NCBI GenBank assembly: GCA_031414375.1
Contig: JANNVJ010000137.1
Coordinates: 22,780-86,779, forward strand
Direction of reading: 5' to 3'
Length of the DNA stretch: 64,000 bases
DNA from: Haliea sp.
Lineage (GTDB): Bacteria > Pseudomonadota > Gammaproteobacteria > Pseudomonadales > Halieaceae
The position numbers were made by a program, and so were the translations under genes. The notes below the pieces were generated by a model that saw only the letters and a program-made list of their open reading frames with translations, had not been told where the DNA came from and made no database searches. Below, in pieces: positions 54,355 to 61,990 of the stretch (position 1 is its first letter; every line of letters starts with the position of its first letter).

Positions 54355-54743
54355 AAAAAATTGGCTCTCTCGGCTACAAACTGGTCTATCTGCTCCTGAA
54401 TCCAGCGATAGTCTGTATACAGCAACTTGGCATTGGCCGGGGAGAATTCCAGCATTTCCCCGCTCACTTGCACGCCCGACCATCCGACCGTCACAGCCAC
54501 CAACAAATCAATGCCGTTCTGTTCAAATCGCTCAACCGTAGGGGTCTGGCGTCCCTGCTTCAAATTCTTGTTAGCGGTCTGGCGAACCATGCGCCGGTAC
54601 TCTTGCGAGTCGCTGCCGAGCAGGTTAAAAACGATGGGGGTTCCATCGTCTGCGTATAATTCCTCACCGGTTGCTGGATGGCGTAACACCATATCAGCGC
54701 CTCGGTCTGCAGCTTCTTTAACGTCCAGTTTTGACAAATCCAT
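54342..54743 (-). CDS. Tail assembly chaperone (gpG)
   Basis: Start re-called to MDLSKLD; LRHPATGE, LLGSDSQEY, IQEQIDQFVAERANF. Confidence 0.85.
   Translation of the reverse strand: MDLSKLDVKEAADRGADMVLRHPATGEELYADDGTPIVFNLLGSDSQEYRRMVRQTANKNLKQGRQTPTVERFEQNGIDLLVAVTVGWSGVQVSGEMLEFSPANAKLLYTDYRWIQEQIDQFVAERANFLTNA
54354..54360 (-). other. Programmed -1 frameshift slippery site T TTT TTG
   Basis: GCC AAT TTT TTG ACC, four codons before the gpG stop; the -1 frame is open to 53881. Confidence 0.8.
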
Positions 54744-54759
54744 GATTTTATTCTCCGAA

Positions 54760-54786
54760 TAAAAGTAAAGGCCCCCACCGGGGGCC
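54760..54786 (-). terminator. Hairpin/terminator after the tail tube gene
   Basis: GGCCCC-CGGTG-GGGGCC followed by TTTACTTTT on the minus strand. Confidence 0.5.
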
Positions 54787-54804
54787 GGGCTTGTTAGGTA
54801 GGTG

Positions 54805-55254
54805 TTACGCTGCGTCTTCGATGATGTCGCTATCAATCTCGACATTAACTTGTGCGGCAGTGATCTGGTTCGTGGTCCCGACTTTTGTCAGGTACGAAAA
54901 GATTTGTGCCGTGAAGTACAGTATGGTGCCGTCCTGGAGGGTAACTTCGAACGAATGACTGTTGTCACTGTTCACGGCTGCCACCAAGATCGTCTGGCCC
55001 GCATCAGAGGGAACGCGAGCCATCATCAGCGACAAAGACCCGCTATCAAAGCTGCCCTTGCGTTTGATAGTTTCCCGTGTCGCCAAGGGGTTGTGTTTTA
55101 CCACCTCATAGACGCGCCCGAGCTCACCGCCATCGACCACCTCGCCAATGTCAGTGAATGTGAGCGCCGCAAATCCGGCGGTATTGTAGGTGGCGGGGAG
55201 AGCGACGCTAACGCCTATCGTTGTCCCCGCACTGGTGAATGCATCACTAGGCAT
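54805..55254 (-). CDS. Major tail tube protein
   Basis: TSAGTTI.VS..LPATY...GF.AL.FT.IGEV...KRKGSFD.G. Confidence 0.85.
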   Translation of the reverse strand: MPSDAFTSAGTTIGVSVALPATYNTAGFAALTFTDIGEVVDGGELGRVYEVVKHNPLATRETIKRKGSFDSGSLSLMMARVPSDAGQTILVAAVNSDNSHSFEVTLQDGTILYFTAQIFSYLTKVGTTNQITAAQVNVEIDSDIIEDAA

Positions 55255-55257
55255 AAA

Positions 55258-55668
55258 TTAGCTCCTGAAAATATTGTCATAAGGGATTAAAATGCTGACC
55301 ATGTGCCACGCGCCGCTTGGCCTGGCCGGTTCTTGTGCGGGGACTCCCAGCACAACGGTGGAATCACCGTTCACAAGTCTCAAACCACGAGAAAAGTGTT
55401 CTGCTATCGCGTCTGCCACAACCAGTGCGGGACCTGCCCCGCCGCCGAGTGGTGCAAACACGTCTATTTGATAAATACCCACCGTGCGTATGCTGTCGGT
55501 ATTGGCAATGCCCACCGGGAATGATCCAGCGGGGAGATTTGTTGGGCGAATGTACAGCGTGCCCTCTATGGGTCTATATTCGCTGTTCTCGCGTGCGACA
55601 GGCGGGAGTCCGGTCAATGTGTTAAGGCGCTTATCGAGAGCGACCTGCGCTTCCAGAAATCGGCTCAT
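55258..55668 (-). CDS. Tail terminator (DUF4128-like)
   Basis: ARENSEY.P, GIYQIDVFAPLG.G, ADAIAEHF.RG. Confidence 0.75.
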   Translation of the reverse strand: MSRFLEAQVALDKRLNTLTGLPPVARENSEYRPIEGTLYIRPTNLPAGSFPVGIANTDSIRTVGIYQIDVFAPLGGGAGPALVVADAIAEHFSRGLRLVNGDSTVVLGVPAQEPARPSGAWHMVSILIPYDNIFRS

Positions 55669-55961
55669 AGCATCGCTTTAGCTTCAGCTATCGCGCGGCT
55701 CAGCATCCTGCGCGGGGTCATCCTGTCCGTGCCTTCCTCAACGTAGACGGCGTATTCCACCGGGTTTTTGATGTCAACGAACACTTCGCCGTCAGCGGAC
55801 CGCCCATCCTCAGCAAGCCATCCGCCCTTCAGCCTCCCACTGATTACTGGGGTCATCTCTGCCGCCCGGTCATTGATATGGAACCCAATCGCCCGCACTT
55901 GATCGCCCGCCAGCTTCGCGGCCTTTTTGTTAAAGGCATCAATTTCAGCCTGCACACCCAT
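55665..55961 (-). CDS. HK97 gp10-like neck protein
   Basis: TPVISGRLKGGW, NPVEYAVYVEEGT. Confidence 0.8.
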   Translation of the reverse strand: MGVQAEIDAFNKKAAKLAGDQVRAIGFHINDRAAEMTPVISGRLKGGWLAEDGRSADGEVFVDIKNPVEYAVYVEEGTDRMTPRRMLSRAIAEAKAML

Positions 55962-56173
55962 CAGTCAGCGGCCCGATCGAATTCGGCGACATAGGGCGCT
56001 GCTGCAGGCTGCGCGGGGGCGTCAGGCCCAGCGCACTGAAAGTACATTTCAGGCTGCTCCTGCGGCCCACTTTGAAAGTCCCGCCACTGGGCCAGGGTCA
56101 TGCCCGCTTTCTTTGCGGCGCGGTTCTGTTTGCCTGTCGGCAACTCCAGAGGATTTGTCATGGGATGCTCCAT
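55961..56173 (-). CDS. Small hypothetical protein inserted in the neck genes
   Basis: Coupled to the gp10-like gene, preceded by a terminator. Confidence 0.45.
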   Translation of the reverse strand: MEHPMTNPLELPTGKQNRAAKKAGMTLAQWRDFQSGPQEQPEMYFQCAGPDAPAQPAAAPYVAEFDRAAD

Positions 56174-56178
56174 AAATG

Positions 56179-56202
56179 AAAAACCCGCACTGGGCGGGGT
56201 TT
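56179..56202 (-). terminator. Rho-independent terminator
   Basis: CCCGC-CCAGT-GCGGG-TTTTT on the minus strand. Confidence 0.6.
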
Positions 56203-56232
56203 GTTGAACGATGTTTTAGGCGTTTGCAACCA

Positions 56233-56598
56233 TCAAATCCGCAACTGCAATTCATAGAACGCTATTTCGTCGCCTATGAAGTGCTCATAGGGGTAAACAA
56301 TTCGCATTGTTCGGCCCCGAAATGTAACGGTGTCGCCAATTCTGGGGGTGAAGTTCAGGTCAACGTTTTCAAGGAACACCCGCGAATCACCCGCCTCGAT
56401 CAGGCCAACATACTCGCTGGCCTTGTAATCAATCGGCGCGGCATTGATCGCGTGCGCGGTCTCTGCGCTGGTCACTGTCGCGGTGTCTTCATTGTTGACC
56501 GCTACCCCGAACTGGGTATAGGTCATATCCGTTACCACGTCGCCCATCTGCCGGAACGCCTGGCGAACGGAATCCCTGACCGCTTTTTGCACACCCAT
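56233..56598 (-). CDS. Head closure/head-tail joining protein
   Basis: IEAGDSRVFL...PRIGDTV...YELQLR. Confidence 0.7.
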   Translation of the reverse strand: MGVQKAVRDSVRQAFRQMGDVVTDMTYTQFGVAVNNEDTATVTSAETAHAINAAPIDYKASEYVGLIEAGDSRVFLENVDLNFTPRIGDTVTFRGRTMRIVYPYEHFIGDEIAFYELQLRI

Positions 56599-56601
56599 GA
56601 A

Positions 56602-57081
56602 TTACCCTCGCACCAATGAAGGGCCGGACGGCTCAAGATAGAACGAGATCATGCGCCGTATTTGCGCGGGGATCGGGTCTTGATCTGATAGCTGTTCGTC
56701 GCCGGACTCCATTTTCAGGGGTCCGATTTGTATCAGTTTAAATCCCGCCTCCCGCGTTGTGTCGCCCTCGGAAAGGTGGAACGCAAACTCACTTGCCGCC
56801 CGTTTCAGAAACAGCGGGACAGTGGTGCCGTCCAGCTGAATACCCTCTTTGTCATAAACGTAGAGGCGAGGCCAGCGCAGTGAGTTGACGCTATCCGACT
56901 TGCTACCCTGCCACCTTAGCTCGTCCAGCAGCTCAGTGGCGCGCTGCAGAAGCGACTCCTTGATGACTGGCGCAATGTTAAACCAGGCAAGGTCGGGATC
57001 GTGGGTAGCGATGTACTCATCCGCAAACACCACATCAGCATAGCTGTTGGCGGTAGCTCCAGGGGTTGCGATGAGGGTCAT
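56602..57081 (-). CDS. Head-tail adaptor (DnaT-like family)
   Basis: ANSYADV..AD.Y, LLQRAT..LD, WQG.K, LRWPR, VP..LKRA..EFA. Confidence 0.8.
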   Translation of the reverse strand: MTLIATPGATANSYADVVFADEYIATHDPDLAWFNIAPVIKESLLQRATELLDELRWQGSKSDSVNSLRWPRLYVYDKEGIQLDGTTVPLFLKRAASEFAFHLSEGDTTREAGFKLIQIGPLKMESGDEQLSDQDPIPAQIRRMISFYLEPSGPSLVRG

Positions 57082-57383
57082 TACTTACCGCCTGCCATTT
57101 TGTCCTTGGCGGAAGTTTTCTTATCCGCCATAGACGAATCATCTTCATCATCCTCAAGGCTGGGATACTCATCAATTGCCACGGCAGTGATATTCCCCGC
57201 CTCACGGAAACGCCCCGATGCTATCAATTCCGGCCCATCTTCGTCAGCGACCTCGGCAATATAGATAAATTTCGGTTCGCGCCGAGTGCCGATGTTCGTC
57301 AATACACACAACACGCCCCACAGCGGGAGAGACTCTCCCTCGGCAACATCACCAAGGCTGGTATAATTTGCGATAAGTTTCAT
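57081..57383 (-). CDS. Hypothetical head-region protein (100 aa)
   Basis: Directly after the capsid gene; acidic tail. Confidence 0.55.
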   Translation of the reverse strand: MKLIANYTSLGDVAEGESLPLWGVLCVLTNIGTRREPKFIYIAEVADEDGPELIASGRFREAGNITAVAIDEYPSLEDDEDDSSMADKKTSAKDKMAGGK

Positions 57384-57437
57384 AAAATCTCCAAATGGCA
57401 GAGCGGGAAGGAATGGATCCCCTCCCGCTTACCTGTC

Positions 57438-58370
57438 TTAGTTGTTGATAGAGGGCAGACGGGCAATCCCGCGCCGGTTGAATGCAGCAAAGTTTGCATA
57501 TTGCTTAACACGCCAAATGCTCGTGTCCTTCGCTTCCTGTGCGCCGACAGGCTCCACCTGGATACCAGCAGGCACAGACTCAGGGTGAATACCTGCGATG
57601 CCGACTTTCTGCGAGCCATCGTCAAAGACGCCAGCGTACACAGAGGTCAGCGCGCCGCCGGTCAATGCAGCGCCGTTGGCGGTTTCCAGAACAGACAGAT
57701 ACTCGTTTTTGAAGATAGGAACACCCTCATAGGAGATCACCTGACGCCCACCGGGCATGGTCACAACCCAGTCAGCCGGCGTACCGCCGAGGGAGCGCAA
57801 AAGCACTTTGTAGGCACGGATCGTGCGGGCAGGCATCATGATCCAGTCAACCATACCGTCCTTGGCTTTCACCAAGTCCATCAGCTCGTCCAGCAGGGCC
57901 AGAGAAAGCGCCTGTCCAGCCGATGCTGTGGTGTACTGGGTTGCGTCAACCATAGAGTGCAGACTGTTCATCTGCGGGGTGGCGCCCGTTCCGGTAGCCA
58001 TTCCGGTCTGGAACAATCGACCAATAGATTTGGCCTTCGAGCTGATCTCAATTGCCACCTGGTCAACCCCGGCACTGGCAGACTGAGCCTGCACGAGGCC
58101 GTCCATCTCCGCATCACCAATAAGCTTGGTGGCGCTGAAAGTGGCTTGCGTGAACGTCGCCTGGGTCTTGTCGGTAATCGTTGCGTCAACCGCATAAATG
58201 CCCGCATTGCCGAGTGCGTTTTCACGGTTTACCACAAGTCCTTGCCCGGTGTAGCCGATGAACGGCAGAATATCAAACAGCGGATTAATGCTGATGATGT
58301 CCTCTGCAACACCGGCGATGATGTCGTTATTGATGAGTTTTGCTGCTTCAGCTAGCGTTTGCGTAGCCAT
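57438..58370 (-). CDS. Major capsid protein (HK97-fold)
   Basis: After the scaffold gene; TLAEAAKL, LPF, LDELMDLV, GVPIF..EY. Confidence 0.88.
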   Translation of the reverse strand: MATQTLAEAAKLINNDIIAGVAEDIISINPLFDILPFIGYTGQGLVVNRENALGNAGIYAVDATITDKTQATFTQATFSATKLIGDAEMDGLVQAQSASAGVDQVAIEISSKAKSIGRLFQTGMATGTGATPQMNSLHSMVDATQYTTASAGQALSLALLDELMDLVKAKDGMVDWIMMPARTIRAYKVLLRSLGGTPADWVVTMPGGRQVISYEGVPIFKNEYLSVLETANGAALTGGALTSVYAGVFDDGSQKVGIAGIHPESVPAGIQVEPVGAQEAKDTSIWRVKQYANFAAFNRRGIARLPSINN

Positions 58371-58387
58371 AAATTATGCTCCAGTGC

Positions 58388-59107
58388 TCAGAGGGCCTTT
58401 TTCAGACCTTGGGCGATTCTTTGGGTTGATGTGAGTTTTCCAGTGCTACTAGTGTCAGCGCCGCCGGTGCTGCTGGTAGCTCCGCTACCTGATTGACCAC
58501 TGCCTTTGACGTAGCGGGCGAATTGATCGTCCTTCGCAAAGTCAGTTACCAAATCTTTGATGGTCTTGTATGTGCCATCCCCTTTCACGCCGTTTTTGAC
58601 CCGAGCAACGGTCTTGCCGTCTGCCTCGACAGTCTCTAAAAGCGGTTTTGCCTTGTACATCAGAAAATCCAGAGCGCTTTCGTCAACGGCAATGGATGAC
58701 AGTTCGCGGGTCAGTTCGCCGTCAACAACCAGGCGCTGTATTTCCACACCCGAACCTTGCAGCTTGCTGTCGCGTTCGCCAATATCCTTGTCATACTGCT
58801 CTTTCCACTGCGCCTTCTCGCGGGCATGGGCATCTATCAATTTGTCAATCTGCCCCTTATCAACGAAGCCTTTTTTCTCCTTGTCCTCCATGGAGCGCCG
58901 CAGTTCGTTGTAGTGCTCCATATCAAACTCGTCGCCGAGTTTCTTTTTCAAATCCTTGAGCGGCTTTAGCTCATCCATTAGCTGATTATTTTTCTGTACC
59001 AGCGGCTCGGTCGCTTTAGCGATAGCGGCGCTGGCCTGGTCACTCACCAGCTTTTCCAGTTCGGTTTTTGCGTCTGCGTTTGCTGCCAAAAATTCTGCCA
59101 GTGTCAT
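58388..59107 (-). CDS. Scaffolding protein
   Basis: Charged coiled coil; C-terminal GSGQSGSGA linker; between MuF and capsid. Confidence 0.8.
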   Translation of the reverse strand: MTLAEFLAANADAKTELEKLVSDQASAAIAKATEPLVQKNNQLMDELKPLKDLKKKLGDEFDMEHYNELRRSMEDKEKKGFVDKGQIDKLIDAHAREKAQWKEQYDKDIGERDSKLQGSGVEIQRLVVDGELTRELSSIAVDESALDFLMYKAKPLLETVEADGKTVARVKNGVKGDGTYKTIKDLVTDFAKDDQFARYVKGSGQSGSGATSSTGGADTSSTGKLTSTQRIAQGLKKAL

Positions 59108-59179
59108 GTTGTGATCTCCGATCGTTTGCGGGCACCGCCCATAAAAAAAGCCCCAGTCGGACCACCGAATGAGGCGTAT

Positions 59180-59201
59180 AAAAAAACCCGCCGGAGCGGG
59201 T
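59180..59201 (-). terminator. Rho-independent terminator
   Basis: ACCCGC-TCCG-GCGGG-TTTTTTT on the minus strand. Confidence 0.75.
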
Positions 59202-59223
59202 CTCTTAAATCAATTCTGTAGAG

Positions 59224-59469
59224 CTATTTCAGGTAACCAATAATCTCCATTGTCCCATCACGCGAAAAGCAATGCGCGCAAATCAGTGCCTTGCGGAAGC
59301 CCACCATGCGGCCCTTTTTCCAGTAGCCACCGGTACGGATTTCCAGCAGGTCGCCGTGTGCGATCTTGTACTTGCCACGGCACAACAGGCAGACCACCGG
59401 CTCCAACGGCTTCGCTGGCGTTTTCGGTGGCCCGCCTTTGATGACGGAGAATTTACGGGGATCGGACAA
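59224..59469 (-). CDS. Small Zn-finger protein (81 aa)
   Basis: CLLC...CAHC; TTG start; followed by a terminator. Confidence 0.5.
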   Translation of the reverse strand: MSDPRKFSVIKGGPPKTPAKPLEPVVCLLCRGKYKIAHGDLLEIRTGGYWKKGRMVGFRKALICAHCFSRDGTMEIIGYLK

Positions 59470-59526
59470 GCTAACACGCCCAAGCGCTTATGTGGCCCCT
59501 GAGTATCCGCCCCAGTCCCTGCGATT

Positions 59527-60585
59527 TCAAGCCACCCTGCCGAATGCCTTTATCCATGCCTCGGATTCGCGCGCACTCAACTGCGCAAGGTTCAACTCCC
59601 CTCCCTGCCGGTCTACAAAACGATCAATGGGCAACTTGCCATCCAAGAACAGCTTGGCCTTCGACGGCCCCAGGGTGTCTTTCACAAAATCCCTCGGCTG
59701 CTTTCTCAGCCAGTCGCCGTAATTCGTATCTGCGGGCACGTCGCCGTTCATGCTCGCCCTGACACCTATCGGCGGGTCTTTTAAGCCCAGCTCCTGCCAT
59801 GATTTGAGAACATAGGTGATTCGGCATCGGCATACGATATGAGCAGGAGGCCGGGGTCCCGAGTCCACAGGATACACCTTGCCGTCCCTGCCGCCGCAAA
59901 TAGGGCAGGTCTTGTGGTCAAGCGCCGCACTCCACTTTACAGACTTTACAAGATCGTCGTTTGCGGTGGCCACCGCCTGTATCGCATGATTTGATACGTG
60001 ATTGACCGCGGTACGGACAATCGCTGTGGTCTGGCTTTTGCTCAAATCCAGCCGATCGCCGACCCGCTTGACAATATTGGGTATCGACTCACCTTCCGTC
60101 ATGCCGATATTTACCGCCGACCGTATGGCTTTTTTCTCGGCAGCATCCAAATCCCCGACCCACTGACGCAATACCCGACCCTGCATCGGCCTGGCTATGA
60201 CTATCGACTTGAGCAACTGCAGGCCGGGGGCGTTAATCCCGCGCGGTATCGGGATGATCTCCTTCAGCATTCGCGTCTGAATATCTGCCTCGTGGGCTAC
60301 AAATTCAACCAGCTCTGCGGTCAATGCTGACTCTAACGCCGCATAGCCCGCCGCGCGCGTCTCCGAGATAACCCCTATCAGCGTCTCGATACGCTTTGTT
60401 GTGACCGGCCCGCGATCATAGCCGCGCTCGGTCATATTGGCCAGCCGCGCTGCAATCTGCCGCTTTAGATCACTCTCGGTTTCGGTCAACAGCTTCAGTA
60501 CCCGCCGCGCCAGGCCGGTACCGTACCGCTGCACATACGTCCCATGAGCAAGCTGTAGGCTCAGTAGATCATCATTGACGGCCAT
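59527..60585 (-). CDS. Minor head protein (SPP1 gp7/MuF family), short form
   Basis: IVRTAVNH, WSAALDHKTCPICGGRDG, PPAHIVCRC. Confidence 0.9.
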   Translation of the reverse strand: MAVNDDLLSLQLAHGTYVQRYGTGLARRVLKLLTETESDLKRQIAARLANMTERGYDRGPVTTKRIETLIGVISETRAAGYAALESALTAELVEFVAHEADIQTRMLKEIIPIPRGINAPGLQLLKSIVIARPMQGRVLRQWVGDLDAAEKKAIRSAVNIGMTEGESIPNIVKRVGDRLDLSKSQTTAIVRTAVNHVSNHAIQAVATANDDLVKSVKWSAALDHKTCPICGGRDGKVYPVDSGPRPPAHIVCRCRITYVLKSWQELGLKDPPIGVRASMNGDVPADTNYGDWLRKQPRDFVKDTLGPSKAKLFLDGKLPIDRFVDRQGGELNLAQLSARESEAWIKAFGRVA

Positions 60586-61990
60586 CCGTTACCTCGGGAA
60601 GGTTTGCTGCCTCCTCGTTGATAGCGTCCATCTCATCCTCTGCCGTGCGCTCGGTTTTGAGACCGATCGCTATCATGTTGTCCCAGTACGTACCCATGCT
60701 GATACGCTGGCTGTTGAGTGCGTCCAGCAAGTCTTTTGGCGAGATGAAATTTGGGTTTTGAATGGAAAAGTCTTTGTAGATGCTCACCATTGGGGCTCCC
60801 GTAGTGAGCCCCCGGAACGCCTGAGTGTACTGCAGCGCAAGATCAAGTGCCGACTCCATGTTAGTCAGAATGCTGTGAAGCACGCTATCGCCCTTGGCGG
60901 ACTTGATGTTTTCCTCGGTGGCAGTGCTTTGATCGCCGGTCTTGCGCAGCATCAATTGGCCGCCGAGGGACTCCATTTCGTCAACCAGTCGTTCAACATC
61001 GGCCCTGCCCTGCACGATAGAACCATCCCCTGACAGCTCAACCCAGCGAAGGTCTCCGTGCTCGCTACTCGATGTCACAATAGACCCGGTGCTGATCTCG
61101 CCGGTGGGCCTGCCGAGCTCGTCTTCTGGCAGATCGATCTCTTTGGCGAACAGCAGTGGAACGCGGGACACATGCAGAATGTTTCGCTGGTCAGAGGATG
61201 ACTGCCAGTGCTCGATGTTCTTTTCAGCCAGCGGCTTTAGCGGCGGCTCAGATGCCATGAACGTCGCTTTTTCGGCCTGCACCTGAACGAGTGTCACGAC
61301 ACCTGCGGTACGGACTCCTTCCTCGTGGAGTTCCCATACAGAGTCGCTCTTATCCTTCAGTCGCCACGTCTGCCAGTAATTGCGAGCAATGACACGAACC
61401 TGCTTGTACCATTTTTCGCCAAAGTCGCCGGACATTTCGGATACGTCCTCACGAATGCGTATACGCGACAACTGTTTAACTCCGTTGATTACATCGAAAT
61501 CCCAGGCAATCAGGTTATCCGCGTGGATATGTGCCCAATAGGGGCGTATTCCTAAATCAATTTCGTCCTGTTTTGACAGGCTTTTACCCTGCGAGTCATT
61601 GGGCACCGGTGGCAAATCGACCAAAATAAAGGTTAATCCCTTGGCAAGCACTTGTTTTAGCAGGTCTTGACAGAACGCATCGATGCCCGCGCCCTGCTTA
61701 TCCACATCCTTTAAAAACGCAGAATAGAAATCATCTACGGGCTGCACGGTCGTCGGCTTCTCGAAAGGTTTTCCGGACATGGAAGCAACGGTATTTTTGA
61801 ACACGCCGTACAGAAAAGAACGCTCAAGCCTGGCCTTGTATTTCTTGTCTGACTCGCGCTCATTTTTTGGCAGATAGGCGGTCCCGGCATCACGCATGGC
61901 TTGCGTGCCGCCCATTAGCGTCTGAGCCTCATCCCGTGCGCGCTGGGCGTCGATATACGCCCTGCACGGTGTGTTCACGTCTTCATTCAA
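60572..61990 (-). CDS. Portal protein (DUF4055-type)
   Basis: LMGGTQAMRDAG..YLP...ES...Y..RL, PPL..LAE.NI.HWQSSSDQRNILH. Confidence 0.9.
   Translation of the reverse strand: MNEDVNTPCRAYIDAQRARDEAQTLMGGTQAMRDAGTAYLPKNERESDKKYKARLERSFLYGVFKNTVASMSGKPFEKPTTVQPVDDFYSAFLKDVDKQGAGIDAFCQDLLKQVLAKGLTFILVDLPPVPNDSQGKSLSKQDEIDLGIRPYWAHIHADNLIAWDFDVINGVKQLSRIRIREDVSEMSGDFGEKWYKQVRVIARNYWQTWRLKDKSDSVWELHEEGVRTAGVVTLVQVQAEKATFMASEPPLKPLAEKNIEHWQSSSDQRNILHVSRVPLLFAKEIDLPEDELGRPTGEISTGSIVTSSSEHGDLRWVELSGDGSIVQGRADVERLVDEMESLGGQLMLRKTGDQSTATEENIKSAKGDSVLHSILTNMESALDLALQYTQAFRGLTTGAPMVSIYKDFSIQNPNFISPKDLLDALNSQRISMGTYWDNMIAIGLKTERTAEDEMDAINEEAANLPEVTDGRQ

Noticed and set aside
57501-58355. 284-aa + strand ORF
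   Set aside because: Antisense shadow of the module B capsid gene.
59527-60585. MuF polymorphic toxin
   Set aside because: The protein ends shortly after the MuF domain, with no C-terminal toxin extension or adjacent immunity-like gene evident.
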